Assembly: GCA_022710935.1 (NCBI GenBank)
Contig: JAKLFY010000027.1
Location: 1,279-65,278, forward strand
Direction of reading: 5' to 3'
DNA from: Verrucomicrobiota bacterium
GTDB lineage: Bacteria; Verrucomicrobiota; Verrucomicrobiia; Limisphaerales; J093
DNA: 64,000 nt
Shown: one piece after another, positions 27,500 through 38,444 of the stretch
Numbering within the stretch: position 1 is the first letter of the stretch
Layout: every line of letters begins with the position of its first letter
Program-made: the position numbers and the translations under genes
The notes under the pieces: model-generated
Seen by the model: only the letters and a program-made list of their open reading frames with translations
Told to the model about the DNA's origin: nothing
Database searches by the model: none

Positions 27500-30424
27500 G
27501 TGAAGCGGCGACCTGATGGGATCTCTGGATGTGGCGGGCTGCCCGAACTCCTGGCCCCTGCGGGAGACTGGGAGTGCGCGCGCGCGGCCGTGGAGAATGG
27601 GGCGGATGCCATTTACTTCGGCCTGGATCGGTTCAACGCGCGGATGCGGGCCGCGAACTTCACCGAAGCCGATCTGCCCGCCCTGATGGCTTATCTGCAT
27701 CGCCGCGGCGCGCGGGGTTATGTCTCGTTCAACACGCTGGTGTTCACCGATGAACTCGTCGAGGCGGAGCGGTTCCTCCGGTCCTGCATCGCAGCCGGAG
27801 TGGACGCCGCCATCGTCCAGGACATCGGCATCTGCCGGCTCATCCGCCGGATCTCGTCCGATTTTCCCATCCACGCGTCGACGCAGATGACCGTCACGAG
27901 CGCCGCGGGTGTGGCGTTTGCCAGGGAACTGGGGTGCCGGCGTGTTGTGCTGGCGCGCGAATGCACCCTCGAAGACATCGCCCGCATCCAGTCAGCACAG
28001 CGCGCCCATCCGTCCGAGGCGCGCCTCGGGGAGATGCAGCCCGCGCCAGGCGTTCGAGCGGATTGCGCTGTGTCGGGCGCGGCGGGCGCGTCAGGGCCTG
28101 TGGCGTCGCCGCTGCCGCTCGAGATCTTCGTTCATGGGGCCTTGTGTGTGGCCTACTCCGGCCAGTGTTTGACCAGCGAAGCGCTGGGGGGGCGTTCGGC
28201 AAACCGAGGCGAGTGCGCCCAGGCGTGCCGGCTCCCATATACCCTGGTGGCCGACGGACGGGAGGTGCCCCTTGGCGACCGGCGGTACTTGCTGAGCCCG
28301 CATGACCTGGCCGGTGTCGATCTTCTCGATGAGTTGCGCGGACTGGGGGTGCATTCCCTCAAGATCGAAGGCCGCCTCAAATCGCCCGAGTACGTGGCCA
28401 TGATCGTTCGAGTCTACCGCGAGGCGCTCGACCAGCTCGAACCGGACCGTGCCCGGTGCGAACCCGCGCGCGCCGCGGCGTTCGATGCCCGCTCGGCGCC
28501 CGACGGCAAGGCCGGCGCGCGCTCGAGCCCCGATCGCGCCCTCAGGCAATACGAGATGGAGATGGCCTTCTCGCGCGGTCTGGGCCCCGGTTGGTTGCGC
28601 GGCATCGATCACCAGCGCCTGGTGCATGCCCGGTTCGGCAAAAAGCGCGGCGTCTTCCTCGGCGAGGTCCTCCGCATTGAACGGGATCGGGTCGTGCTCC
28701 GCCTCCGCGCCCCGATCAAGCCCGGCGATGGCATTGTGTTCGATGCCGGTCACCCGGACCAACCCGAGCAGGGAGGCCGCGTCTACAGCGTCGAGCGCCG
28801 GGGCGAGAGCGCCGCCCTGGGTTTCGGGCGCGGCGACATCGATTTCCGGCGTCTGCACCTGGGCGACCGTGTCTGGAAAACAAACGACCCGGAACTGGAC
28901 CACCGTGTCCGGGCGAGCTTCAGCGGCGAGACACCCCGGTTCCAACGGCCTCTCACGATCGAAGCGCGCGGGGAACTCGGCGCCCCTCTGACTCTGATCG
29001 TCCGTGACGAGCTCGGGCGCGAGGCGCGGGTGGATTCCGCCATGCCGTTGGCAGCCGCGCAGCGGCAACCGCTCACCACGGAGCGCCTGCGCGCTCAACT
29101 GGGGCGTCTGGGCGGCACGGCTTTCCGACTCGGCGCGATCGACAATCGCCTTGCCCCCGATCTGATCCTGCCGCTCGCCGAGTTGAATCGGCTCCGGCGC
29201 GAGGCGATTGCGCGGCTGGAAGCCGAACGGGCCCGCCCCCCGCGCTGGAGTCTCGAGGCGGAAGAACCCGCCGCCTGCCATGAACTTCATAGCCGTCCCG
29301 CATGGCGGGATGAGTCCGCGGCATCTTGCTCCGTCAAAGGCGGGAATCAGGGCCGACTCATCCCGCCATGCGGGGCGGCCGCGGAACCGTTCATGGTCCC
29401 AGCGCCCACTGAACTGTTGAATGTCAACGCCTCCGATGAGCCGTACACCCTCACCCCGGCCCGCTCCCGTCGGACGGGAGAGGCTGGCGCGCAGGCGCCG
29501 GGTCAGGGAGACCTGGCAGGGCTCAACGCCCAGGAGCGCAACGCGGCGTCCGAGCTGATTGTGTTGGTGCGAACGATGAAGCAACTGGAGGCGGCCCTCG
29601 CATCCGGGGTGTCCACCGTCTACTGCGAGTTCGAGAGCCTGAGCCGATGCCGGGCTGCGGTGGCTTGCGCCCGCTCGCAACAGTCCCGACTCCGCAGCGT
29701 CCGCTCCCGGATCTACGCCGTGCCGCCGCGCATCACGAAGCCCGGGGAAGAGTGGATGCTCGAGCTGGTTGGAGGATGCGGCGCGGACGGATATCTGGTT
29801 CGGAATTACGATCAGCTCGAGTTCTTCGCGCGGGAGCGGTGTGTGGGCGATTACTCGCTCAACGTGGCCAATCCCCTGAGCGCGCAGTACCTCAAGGAAC
29901 GGTTTGGACTCGAGCGGCTGACGGTTTCGTACGATCTGAACAACCGTCAGATCGAGGCGCTGCTCGAAGCCGCTCCGCCCGACTGGTTCGAGATCAACGT
30001 GCACCAGCGGATGCCGATGTTTCACATGGAGCATTGCGTCTTCTGCGCGTTTCTCACATCGGGCACGGACCACACAAACTGCGGACGCCCGTGCGACCGG
30101 CGGGTTCTTGCGCTGCGCGACCGTGTGGGGGCCGAGCACCCGGTGAAGGCGGACGCGGGATGCCGGAACACGGTGTTCAACGCGCTGGCGCAGACGGGCG
30201 CGGAGTATGTGGCGCAGTTCCAGGCCCTGGGCGCGCGCCGCTTTCGAATCGAGTTTCTCGACGAGAGCCCGGAAGTTGTCGCGCGCACGATCGGGATGTA
30301 TCGCCGGCTGTTGGCGGGGGAGATCGGCGGGGCGGCCCTTGTGCGCGAACTGAAGTTGCAGCACCAACTCGGCGTCACCCGAGGTTCGCTCGACAAGGGG
30401 GAACGTCCGACGACCGTGCTGTGA
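27500..30424 (+). CDS. Double-domain U32 family protein (U32 + barrel domain + second U32-like domain) with repeat-bearing linker
   Basis: GTG start. First domain LPELLAPAGDWECARAAVENGADAIYFG, with U32 signature EIFVHGALCVAYSGQCLTS. Second domain from ~aa 690 (ELIVLVRTMKQLEAAL...HQRMPMFHMEHCVFCAFLTSG..CGRPC). The linker contains the element at 29279-29395. Confidence 0.85.
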   Translation: MKRRPDGISGCGGLPELLAPAGDWECARAAVENGADAIYFGLDRFNARMRAANFTEADLPALMAYLHRRGARGYVSFNTLVFTDELVEAERFLRSCIAAGVDAAIVQDIGICRLIRRISSDFPIHASTQMTVTSAAGVAFARELGCRRVVLARECTLEDIARIQSAQRAHPSEARLGEMQPAPGVRADCAVSGAAGASGPVASPLPLEIFVHGALCVAYSGQCLTSEALGGRSANRGECAQACRLPYTLVADGREVPLGDRRYLLSPHDLAGVDLLDELRGLGVHSLKIEGRLKSPEYVAMIVRVYREALDQLEPDRARCEPARAAAFDARSAPDGKAGARSSPDRALRQYEMEMAFSRGLGPGWLRGIDHQRLVHARFGKKRGVFLGEVLRIERDRVVLRLRAPIKPGDGIVFDAGHPDQPEQGGRVYSVERRGESAALGFGRGDIDFRRLHLGDRVWKTNDPELDHRVRASFSGETPRFQRPLTIEARGELGAPLTLIVRDELGREARVDSAMPLAAAQRQPLTTERLRAQLGRLGGTAFRLGAIDNRLAPDLILPLAELNRLRREAIARLEAERARPPRWSLEAEEPAACHELHSRPAWRDESAASCSVKGGNQGRLIPPCGAAAEPFMVPAPTELLNVNASDEPYTLTPARSRRTGEAGAQAPGQGDLAGLNAQERNAASELIVLVRTMKQLEAALASGVSTVYCEFESLSRCRAAVACARSQQSRLRSVRSRIYAVPPRITKPGEEWMLELVGGCGADGYLVRNYDQLEFFARERCVGDYSLNVANPLSAQYLKERFGLERLTVSYDLNNRQIEALLEAAPPDWFEINVHQRMPMFHMEHCVFCAFLTSGTDHTNCGRPCDRRVLALRDRVGAEHPVKADAGCRNTVFNALAQTGAEYVAQFQALGARRFRIEFLDESPEVVARTIGMYRRLLAGEIGGAALVRELKLQHQLGVTRGSLDKGERPTTVL
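29279..29395. repeat. CATGAAC-terminated palindromic element lying in frame inside the U32 CDS
   Basis: The left arm (29279-29316) and right arm (29355-29395) are reverse-complementary over GACTCATCCCGCCATGCGGG, with shared CATGAAC/GTTCATG ends. The core matches 20408-20509. Length by these boundaries is 117 nt, i.e. 39 codons. Confidence 0.75.
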
Positions 30425-30444
30425 GGTTCAGCCCGGATGTTTCA

Positions 30445-33400
30445 TCAAGCTTCGCGGAGTCTCGCATCCGGGCTCTCGTAATTCAGGTAAGGTCTCAGCC
30501 AGCGCTCACACTCACGCAGTTCCATCTGCTTGCGCCGGGCCAGGTCGGCCACCTGATCGCGTTCGAGCTTGCCCACGCCGAAGTACTTCGCTTCCGGGTG
30601 GGCAAAGTAGAGGCCGCTGACGCTGGCGCCGGGCCACATGGCGAAGCTCTCGGTGAGGCGGATGCCTGTCAGAGCTTCGGCGTCCAGCACGTCCCAGAGC
30701 GTTTGCTTCTCCGTGTGGTCCGGGCATGCGGGGTAACCCGCGGCGGGCCGGATGCCGCGGTAAGCCTCGGCGATGAGTTGTTCGGGGGTGAGCTGTTCGT
30801 CCCGGCCATACTGCCATTCGCGTCGGACACGGACATGCAACGCCTCGGCGAAGGCTTCGGCGAGTCGATCGGCCAGCGCCTCGGCCAGAATCGCGCTGTA
30901 ATCGTCGTGATCGGCCTTGAATCGCTCGACCAACGCACCCACACCGTGGCCGGCGGTCACCGCGAAGGCCCCCAGGTGATCCGGACCACCTGACGGCGAG
31001 GAGGCCGTGGCGGGCGCAATGAAGTCGGCAAGGCATTTGTTGGGCAACCCGTCCTCCTTGACCATCTGCTGGCGGAGGAAATGGAATGTGGCCCGCCGCT
31101 GCGTGCGGGCCGTGTCGACGAAGATCTCCACGTCGTCGCCCGCGCGCGCGGCCGGGAAGAAGCCGTAGACGCCGCGCGCTTCGATCAGTCGCTCGGAAAC
31201 GAGCCGTTCGAGCATTTTCTGGCCGTCCTCGAACAACTGGCGCGCCTGTTCGCCGTGTCGGGGGTGATCGAGGATCGCGGGGTAGATTCCCCGCAGCTCC
31301 CAGGCGTGGAAGAAGGGGGACCAGTCAATGTAGGGCACCAGGTCCGCAAGCGTGATCGCGCAGTGATCGACCGTCTGCCCGGCGTCCCGGCGTGCGCGCG
31401 GCGTGCGCGCGGCGAGCGTGGACGGGGGCTGAGTGCCGATGGTGCGGATTCCGATGAACTCGGGCTGTGGGATGTCGTCGTACTGCAACCGGGGGGCGCG
31501 GGCGCGCGCCTCCTCGATGGTGAGAAGCCGCGGACGGGCGCTCCGGTGTTGAGCGCGCAGCCGCTCGTATTCGTTGCGGACTTGCTCGACGAATGCGGGC
31601 TTCTGGTCCGGGCGCAGGAGGTGGCTGACCACCGGCACGGCGCGGGAAGCGTCCAGCACGTGCACGACCGGTTGGGAGAATGCGGGCGCGATCCTGACGG
31701 CCGTATGGGCCTTGCTGGTGGTGGCGCCGCCGATCAGCAGCGGGATCTGGAACCCTTCGCGCTCAAGTTCCCGCGCCACATGCACCATCTCGTCGAGCGA
31801 GGGTGTGATCAGGCCGCTGAGCCCGATGGCATCGACCTGCTTCTCGCGCGCCGTCCGGAGAATGGTGTCGCTCGGAACCATCACGCCCAGGTCGATGACC
31901 TGGTAGTTGTTGCAGCCAAGAACGACCCCGACAATGTTCTTGCCGATGTCGTGCACGTCGCCCTTGACCGTGGCCATCAACACCTTCCCTTGGGCGCGCG
32001 CACCCGCCTGCTTCTCGGCCTCGAGAAACGGGGTCAGGTAGGCCACCGCCTTCTTCATCACACGCGCCGATTTGACCACCTGCGGCAGAAACATCTTCCC
32101 GGCCCCGAACAGATCGCCCACGATGTTCATCCCGGCCATCAGCGGGCCCTCGATCACCTCGAGCGGACGCCCGTACTTGCGGCGCGCCTCCTCGACGTCC
32201 GCTTCGACGAAGTCGACGATGCCCTTGACGAGCGCGTGGTGGAGCCGTTCCTCGATCGATCCGCGCCGCCAGGCGTCGTCCACCACCTCGGTCTTGTCCC
32301 GTTGCTTCACCGACTCGGCCAGCGCGACCAGGCGCTCCGTGGCGTCGGGCCGGCGGTCGAAGAGCACGTCCTCGACCCGCTCGCGCAAGTCGCCCGGGAT
32401 CTCCTCGTACACTTCGAGCATCCCGGGATTGACAATGCCCATGTCGAGCCCGGCCCGGATGGCGTGGTAGAGGAAGGCGCTGTGCATCGCCTCGCGGACG
32501 AGGTTGTTGCCGCGGAAGCTGAACGAGATGTTGCTGACACCGCCGCTGACCTTCGCGCGCGGGAGGTTCTGCTTGATCCAGCGCGTGGCCTCGATGAAGT
32601 CCAGGGCGTAGCGGTTGTGCTCCTCGATCCCGGTCGCGACGGTAAGGATGTTGGGATCGAATATGATGTCCTCAGGAGGGAACCCGGCGCGTTCGGTGAG
32701 CAGGCGGTAGGCCCGGGCGCAGACCTCGATCTTGCGCTCGTAACGATCGGCCTGGCCGCGTTCGTCGAATGCCATGACCACCACGGCGGCGCCGTACTGG
32801 CGGACCCGGTGCGCTCGGGATACGAACTCCTCCTCTCCCTCCTTGAGGCTGATGGAATTGACGATGCCTTTGCCCTGGAGGCACTGCAGCCCAGCCTCGA
32901 TCACCGACCACTTCGATGAGTCGATCATCACCGGCACACGGGCGATGTCCGGTTCGGATGCGACCAGGTGCAGGAAATGAACCATGGCCTGCTCCGAATC
33001 GAGCATCCCCTCGTCCATGTTCACGTCGATGACCTGAGCCCCGTTCTCGACCTGCTGGCGAACGATGGTCAGCGCCTCGTCGAACTTACCCGCCAGGATC
33101 AGCTTGGCGAACTTGGGCGACCCGGTCACGTTCGCCCGCTCGCCGATGTTCATGAAGTTCGAGTCGGGACGCAACGAGACGGCTTCGAGGCCGCTCAACC
33201 GGAGCCACGGCTCGACCGCGGGCGGCACGCGCGGCGGCACGCCGCGGACGGCGGCGGCGATGGCCCGGATGTGGTCGGGTGTCGAGCCGCAGCAGCCGCC
33301 GACGATGTTGAGCCAGCCGTTGGCGGCGAAGTCGCCCAGGTCGCGGCTCATCTGCTCCGGCGTCTCGTCGAATCCGCCGAACGCGTTTGGCAGCCCGGCG

Positions 33401-34242
33401 TTGGGATAACAGCTCAGATACACCGGGGCGATCCTCGAGAGCTCCTCGATGTAAGGGCGCATCTGCTTCGCGCCCAGGGCGCAGTTGATGCCGATGCTCA
33501 GGAGCGGGAAATGGGAGACCGAGTTCCAGTACGCCTCGACGGTCTGGCCCGAGAGTGTGCGTCCGCTCTTGTCGGTGATGGTGAACGAAACCATAACCGG
33601 GACGCGGCGTCCGAGTTGCTCGAAACACTCGGCGATGGCGAACAGGGCCGCCTTCGAGTTCAGGGTGTCGAAGACGGTCTCGATAAGCAGGGCGTCGACC
33701 CCGCCTTCGAGCAGGCCCCGCGCCTGTTCGGCATAGGCGTCAGCCAGTTGACGGAATGTCACGGCCCGATAGGCGGGATTGTGGACGTCGGGACTGAGCG
33801 AGGCGGTCTTGCTGGTGGGGCCCAGGGCGCCCAGGACCAGGCAGAGGCGATCCGGATGCTCGCCCATGTGGGCGTCTGCCGCCGCGCGCGCCAGGCGCGC
33901 CCCGGCAACGTTCAGATCGTGCGCGAACGCTTCGAGCCCGTAATCGGCCAGGGAGATGGACGTCGAGTTGAACGTGTTGGTCTCGATCAGGTCGGCCCCC
34001 GCATCGAGGTAGGCCCCGTGGATCTCGCGGATGAGTTGCGGCTGGGTCAGGTTCAGCAGGTCGTTGTTGCCTTTGACCGGACATGCCCAGTCCCGGAACC
34101 GTTCGCCCCGGTAGCCGGCCTCGTCGAGTTGCCGGCTCTGGATCATCGTGCCCATGGCCCCGTCGATGATTGCGATCCGCTCCTGCAACAGGCGGCGAAA
34201 GTCCGCCGCGCGACCGCTCTTCTGGCTTGAATGCTCTGTCAT
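30445..34242 (-). CDS. metH: Cobalamin-dependent methionine synthase
   Basis: The track ORF extends to 34503. The ATG at 34242 gives [35 protein letters not shown] (Hcy-binding domain). Pterin-binding domain present. B12 motif [15 protein letters not shown] (DxHxxG). AdoMet-activation domain at the C-terminus. Confidence 0.95.
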   Translation of the reverse strand: MTEHSSQKSGRAADFRRLLQERIAIIDGAMGTMIQSRQLDEAGYRGERFRDWACPVKGNNDLLNLTQPQLIREIHGAYLDAGADLIETNTFNSTSISLADYGLEAFAHDLNVAGARLARAAADAHMGEHPDRLCLVLGALGPTSKTASLSPDVHNPAYRAVTFRQLADAYAEQARGLLEGGVDALLIETVFDTLNSKAALFAIAECFEQLGRRVPVMVSFTITDKSGRTLSGQTVEAYWNSVSHFPLLSIGINCALGAKQMRPYIEELSRIAPVYLSCYPNAGLPNAFGGFDETPEQMSRDLGDFAANGWLNIVGGCCGSTPDHIRAIAAAVRGVPPRVPPAVEPWLRLSGLEAVSLRPDSNFMNIGERANVTGSPKFAKLILAGKFDEALTIVRQQVENGAQVIDVNMDEGMLDSEQAMVHFLHLVASEPDIARVPVMIDSSKWSVIEAGLQCLQGKGIVNSISLKEGEEEFVSRAHRVRQYGAAVVVMAFDERGQADRYERKIEVCARAYRLLTERAGFPPEDIIFDPNILTVATGIEEHNRYALDFIEATRWIKQNLPRAKVSGGVSNISFSFRGNNLVREAMHSAFLYHAIRAGLDMGIVNPGMLEVYEEIPGDLRERVEDVLFDRRPDATERLVALAESVKQRDKTEVVDDAWRRGSIEERLHHALVKGIVDFVEADVEEARRKYGRPLEVIEGPLMAGMNIVGDLFGAGKMFLPQVVKSARVMKKAVAYLTPFLEAEKQAGARAQGKVLMATVKGDVHDIGKNIVGVVLGCNNYQVIDLGVMVPSDTILRTAREKQVDAIGLSGLITPSLDEMVHVARELEREGFQIPLLIGGATTSKAHTAVRIAPAFSQPVVHVLDASRAVPVVSHLLRPDQKPAFVEQVRNEYERLRAQHRSARPRLLTIEEARARAPRLQYDDIPQPEFIGIRTIGTQPPSTLAARTPRARRDAGQTVDHCAITLADLVPYIDWSPFFHAWELRGIYPAILDHPRHGEQARQLFEDGQKMLERLVSERLIEARGVYGFFPAARAGDDVEIFVDTARTQRRATFHFLRQQMVKEDGLPNKCLADFIAPATASSPSGGPDHLGAFAVTAGHGVGALVERFKADHDDYSAILAEALADRLAEAFAEALHVRVRREWQYGRDEQLTPEQLIAEAYRGIRPAAGYPACPDHTEKQTLWDVLDAEALTGIRLTESFAMWPGASVSGLYFAHPEAKYFGVGKLERDQVADLARRKQMELRECERWLRPYLNYESPDARLREA

Positions 34243-34261
34243 GGATTTGAAAGGAGGTTTC

Positions 34262-36208
34262 TCACGAGGGCGCCCCGGGATGTGGCGGATGGCCGCGGTT
34301 CTCCGACGCCGAAGGCCGGCTGGCGACCGCTTCGGACCTGGGCTGGGGGAACTCGCGCAGCCACAATTCGAGGCAGAGCAGCGCCCAGAGCCTCGAGTCA
34401 TGCCGCGTCCGGCCGGCGGCGTGCTCGTTCGCCAATCGACGGATCCCAGCCTGATCGAGGAATGCGGCGGTGCGTGCCCCGGGCGCCAGAAGCATGTCTT
34501 CAAGCATCGGCCGCAGCGGGCCCCGAAGCCATTCCCCGGCCGGCAGATCGAACCCGCGCTTGCGTCGAGTCAGGATGGACGGGGGCAGAACCTCGCCGGC
34601 GGCTCGCTTGAGCAGGATCTTGCTCTCGCGGCCATCGAGCTTGCAGTGCGGCGGGACGCGCGCCATGAACTCGAACACCACGTGATCGAGGAGCGGGCTG
34701 CGCACTTCGAGCGAAGCGAGCATGCTGGCCCGATCGACCTTCACCAGGCCATCGCCGGGCAGAAAGCCCACCAGATCGGCATATTGAAGCTGCGACAAGT
34801 AGCCCAGCCCCTTGACCGCTTCGAGGATCGCATCCCGCTCGGCGTCTGCGTCCGATTCTCCCACCTGCGCCCGCGTCCAGTCGTTATACAGCCGGGCGCG
34901 CCGGCTGCGGTCGAAGTACTCCTGCGCGAGCCCCCAGCAGGTGGGCGGCCGATCGACGACGCCCAGGTAGCGATGGACGGTGCTGTCGGGCGGGAACGCC
35001 CTGGCAAGGCAGGCCACGGCGGGGCGGATCGGGCGGGGGATGAAGGCCTGAAGGCGCCTGTGGCGGTAGGCGCGCCGATACCACTGATAGCCGGCAAACA
35101 CCTCGTCTCCCCCGTCGCCGCTCAGGGCGACCGTCACCGCCTTGCGCGCCATCACCGACACATAATAGGTCGGGATCATCGAGTTGTCGGCGAACGGCTC
35201 GTCGTAGTGGCGGACCAGCCGCGGCAGAATGTCGACGACGTCGGGTTTGACGATCTCGTGGACGTGGTCGGTCCCGCAGTGGGCGGCAACGGCCCGCGCG
35301 TAGGGGCTCTCGTCGTTCGGATCCCCCTCGAACCCGATCGAGAAGGTCTTCACCGGGCGGGAACTGAGGCGGCTCATCAAACCGACCACGATGCTGCTGT
35401 CGATCCCGCCGCTCAGGAACGCGCCCAACGGCACGTCGCTGATCATCCGCAGCCGAACGGCTTCGAGCAGGCGCTCGCGAAGTTCGGCAGCCAGTGCGTC
35501 GATCGGTGCCCGAGAGTGTTCCGGCGGGCCGCAGAGCCGCGGATGCCAGTACTCGGAGAGCCGCGAGCCGCCGTTGGCGGCGACGGTCAGCGTATGTCCC
35601 GGCGGCAGCTTCCGGATCGCCCGGTAAATCGAGCGGGGGGCGCGTATGTAGCCCGTGCTCAGGTACTCGTCCAGGGCCGCGTAGTCCAAATCGAGCGCAA
35701 TGTCCGGGTGGTGTCTCAGACACTTCAGTTCGGAGCCGAAGACCAGCTTCTTCCCATCCAGCGCGTAGTAGAGCGGCTTCTTGCCGAACCGGTCGACCGC
35801 CAGGGTCATGCGCTGCTGGGCACGATCCCAGATGGCGAAGGCGAACATCCCGCGAAGCTGATGGACGCAGTCCGCCCCGCGTTCCTCGTAGGCGTGCAGG
35901 ATGGTCTCGATGTCGCCCTGGGTCCGGAAAGTGTGCCGCGGAGTCAGACGATCGCGCAGTTCCTGGAAATTGTAGATCTCACCATTGGCCACAAGGCGCA
36001 GCGAGCCGTCCTCGTTGGGCATCGGCTGGTGGCTGGCCGCCAGGTCGATGACCCCAAGCCGGCGGAAGCCCAGGCCCACCCCGCCTTCGCCGTGGAACCC
36101 CTCCTCGTCCGGGCCGCGATGCGCGAATTGACGCGTCATCCGCGCCAGCAACTCCGCATCCACAGGCTCGTTCGAGGCAAAATGCCAGATGCCACAAATG
36201 CCACACAT
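34262..36208 (-). CDS. asnB: Asparagine synthase (glutamine-hydrolysing) family amidotransferase
   Basis: The ATG at 36208 gives the N-terminal nucleophile [10 protein letters not shown]-loop [13 protein letters not shown]. 648 aa. It sits 19 nt upstream of metH on the same strand. Confidence 0.85.
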   Translation of the reverse strand: MCGICGIWHFASNEPVDAELLARMTRQFAHRGPDEEGFHGEGGVGLGFRRLGVIDLAASHQPMPNEDGSLRLVANGEIYNFQELRDRLTPRHTFRTQGDIETILHAYEERGADCVHQLRGMFAFAIWDRAQQRMTLAVDRFGKKPLYYALDGKKLVFGSELKCLRHHPDIALDLDYAALDEYLSTGYIRAPRSIYRAIRKLPPGHTLTVAANGGSRLSEYWHPRLCGPPEHSRAPIDALAAELRERLLEAVRLRMISDVPLGAFLSGGIDSSIVVGLMSRLSSRPVKTFSIGFEGDPNDESPYARAVAAHCGTDHVHEIVKPDVVDILPRLVRHYDEPFADNSMIPTYYVSVMARKAVTVALSGDGGDEVFAGYQWYRRAYRHRRLQAFIPRPIRPAVACLARAFPPDSTVHRYLGVVDRPPTCWGLAQEYFDRSRRARLYNDWTRAQVGESDADAERDAILEAVKGLGYLSQLQYADLVGFLPGDGLVKVDRASMLASLEVRSPLLDHVVFEFMARVPPHCKLDGRESKILLKRAAGEVLPPSILTRRKRGFDLPAGEWLRGPLRPMLEDMLLAPGARTAAFLDQAGIRRLANEHAAGRTRHDSRLWALLCLELWLREFPQPRSEAVASRPSASENRGHPPHPGAPS

Positions 36209-36466
36209 AAATCGTCCGGAAGGCCATGCTGCCGAAGGCCCCGCCGAAACGCAACCGTGCGATGGGGCGCCGTGCGATGGGGCGCGCGATGGCGCACCGG
36301 GGCGCGCGACAGCACGCCGCCTGCCATTGGCACACAACAGGGCCAATTCATGAAGTGGAGCGGCGACGGCCCGTCGCCGAGAAACACCGTGTTCACTCGC
36401 AATGGCGGGGGACGAGACGTCCCCCCTCCAGCCTTTTCGTCTTCATGAATTGGCGCTGGGCACACA

Positions 36467-37583
36467 CAATGGGGTCGCATCTATATAGTTGACAAACGGA
36501 GATTCGCGGTGTTGTGTCCCCGGCCTATGGCAAGGCCGTTGCGGGTTGATGTGGCGGGCGCGTGGTACCATGTGATGAATCGCGGACACCGGGGAGGGGC
36601 GTTGTTCCTGGATGATGCGGATCGGCGCCGGTTTCTGGGTGGAGTGGCCGAGTTGCCGGAGCGTTTTGCGCTGGAGGTGCACGCGTTCGTGCTGATGCCC
36701 AATCATTACCATCTGTTGGTCCGGACCAGGGAGGCCAATCTGAGCCAGGCCATCCACTGGCTCAACGTCAGTTACGCGGTCAAGTTCAACTGGGCTCATC
36801 GGTGCCGCGGGACAGTGTTTCAAGGACGATTCAAGGGGGTGCTGATCCAGGAAGAGGGCAAGGCGGTCGAGGTGGCGCGCTATGTGCATTTGAATCCGGT
36901 GCGGGTCGGAGGATTGGGGCTGGGCAAGAGCGACCAGCGCCGGGCCCGGGTGCTGGGGTGTGAGAATCCGGGAGAGGAACTGGTCAGGCGCCGCCTGCAG
37001 ACGCTGCGGGAACATCCATGGAATTCCTGGAGGGTTTACATGGGACTCGAGCCCAATGCGGGCTGGCTGGAGACGGGGGTGATCGGGCGGGCCTGCGGAG
37101 GGCGGAGCCGCACGGAGCGCCGGGCGGCATTGAGGACGTACACGGAGCAACCGATTCGGCAAGGGGGTTTGGAGAGCCCGTGGGAGGGAGTGGTCGCCGG
37201 GGTGGTTCTGGGGGACAGCGAGTACGCGCGGAAGCTGCTTTCGGGACGCACGGTGAACGAGGAGGAGCAGACAGCGGCGCGACGGATGCGGCGGCGGGTT
37301 GGTTGGGAGGAGTTGGTGGGGGCGGCGGAGAAGATGCGTGGGGAGCCTTGGGATCGGTGGGCGGAGCGGCACGGGGATTGGGGACGGGACGGAGTGATGT
37401 ACGTGGCGGTTCGCCATGGCGGGATGCGGCTTGCGGAGGCGGTGCGCCGCGCGGGCGTTAAGTACCAGGCGGGGGCGCAGGCCGTGAAGCGCTTCGCGCA
37501 GAAGCTGGGCGAGGACGCGGAGCGCAAGCGCTTTGTTGCGAAACTGAGGAGTGAATTGTCAACTATTTAGATGCGACCCCATT
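36467..37583 (+). mobile_element. Y1 (HUH) transposase unit bounded by 29-bp terminal inverted repeats
   Basis: The left repeat CAATGGGGTCGCATCTATATAGTTGACAA (36467-36495) matches the reverse complement of 37555-37583 (CAATGGGGTCGCATCTAAATAGTTGACAA), 28/29 identical. The transposase stop codon lies inside the right repeat. Confidence 0.6.
36527..37570 (+). CDS. REP-associated tyrosine transposase (RayT / IS200-like Y1 HUH family) with long C-terminal extension
   Basis: MARPLRVDVAGAWYHVMNRG. HUH motif LMPNHYHLLV. Catalytic-Tyr region ARYVHLNPVR. 347 aa. The C-terminal ~150 aa are extra and may be HTH-like (not verified). Confidence 0.8.
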   Translation: MARPLRVDVAGAWYHVMNRGHRGGALFLDDADRRRFLGGVAELPERFALEVHAFVLMPNHYHLLVRTREANLSQAIHWLNVSYAVKFNWAHRCRGTVFQGRFKGVLIQEEGKAVEVARYVHLNPVRVGGLGLGKSDQRRARVLGCENPGEELVRRRLQTLREHPWNSWRVYMGLEPNAGWLETGVIGRACGGRSRTERRAALRTYTEQPIRQGGLESPWEGVVAGVVLGDSEYARKLLSGRTVNEEEQTAARRMRRRVGWEELVGAAEKMRGEPWDRWAERHGDWGRDGVMYVAVRHGGMRLAEAVRRAGVKYQAGAQAVKRFAQKLGEDAERKRFVAKLRSELSTI

Positions 37584-37589
37584 GACCCT

Positions 37590-38444
37590 ATGGAAGAGTT
37601 TTACGCCCGCACCTTGCAGCGGCTGATGGACGAGGGTGTGCTGCGCCGCGACACGGAGCTTCTGGTTGTCTGCGGGAGCGACCAGGACCGCGATGTGTTG
37701 CGGCATTTGGGATTCACGCGGGTGACGATCTCGAACATCGAGCCGGGCGTGACGGAAGACCTCGTGGCACCCTACACCTGGAGCCTGCAGGATGCCGAGG
37801 CCCTGACGTTCCCGGACGGCTCCTTCGATTTCGTGGTTGCGCACGAGGGGTTGCACCATTGCCATTCGCCGCATCGCGCCATGCTCGAGATGTACCGGGT
37901 GGCGCGGCGCGGCATCCTGGTATTCGAGCCGCGGGACACATTCCTGGTGCGGTTGGGTGTGCGCCTGGATTTTGGCCAGCAATACGAGGTGGCGGCGGTG
38001 GCGGGCAACCGCATGACCTCGGGCGGGGTCGACAACACGGCGATCCCAAACTTCGTCTATCGCTGGTCGGAGCGCGAGGTCGAGAAGGTCATCCGGGCCT
38101 GGGAACCGCGCGGCCTGCCGCGAATCCGCTACTTCTATTCCCTGCGCGTCCCGCACGGGCGCATTGCGGCGATGAAGAACCGGTGGGCGTCCCGGACCCT
38201 GCGCGCCCTGTTGCCGTTGGTGCGCTTGTTCACGAAGGTTTTTCCACGGCAGTCCAATTGCTTCGCCTGGCTCGTGACGAAGATCGAGGTGCCGCGCGAC
38301 CTGCATCCGTGGCTCGAGATGGCGGATGGCAAGCCGGTGTTCTCCGTGGCGTGGGCGCAGCGTCACTATGGCGAATTCAAGCGGCCTGGCGCGGGTTCGG
38401 ATGGCGCAGTCCCGCCGGGGGCGGGTGCGAGTCCGGGGGCATGA
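37590..38444 (+). CDS. Class I SAM-dependent methyltransferase
   Basis: The ATG at 37590 gives MEEFYART. Motif I-like LLVVCGSDQD. ...FPDGSFDFVVAHEGLHHC..P..AMLEMYRVARRGILVFE. Confidence 0.75.
   Translation: MEEFYARTLQRLMDEGVLRRDTELLVVCGSDQDRDVLRHLGFTRVTISNIEPGVTEDLVAPYTWSLQDAEALTFPDGSFDFVVAHEGLHHCHSPHRAMLEMYRVARRGILVFEPRDTFLVRLGVRLDFGQQYEVAAVAGNRMTSGGVDNTAIPNFVYRWSEREVEKVIRAWEPRGLPRIRYFYSLRVPHGRIAAMKNRWASRTLRALLPLVRLFTKVFPRQSNCFAWLVTKIEVPRDLHPWLEMADGKPVFSVAWAQRHYGEFKRPGAGSDGAVPPGAGASPGA

Noticed and set aside
27985-28125. Possible ~40-aa insertion in the first U32 domain (…AQRAHPSEARLGEMQPAPGVRADCAVSGAAGASGPVASP… before EIFVHGALC)
   Set aside because: The segment looks longer than I remember for U32 proteins. 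However, I could not match it to any repeat family in the window, and I cannot align homologs here. The support is insufficient.
36443-37417. 324-aa minus-strand ORF opposite the RayT-like gene
   Set aside because: It is extremely Pro/Arg/His-rich (…HLLRRPHQLLPTNPPPHPSRR…). It lies antisense to a gene with HUH and Tyr motifs.
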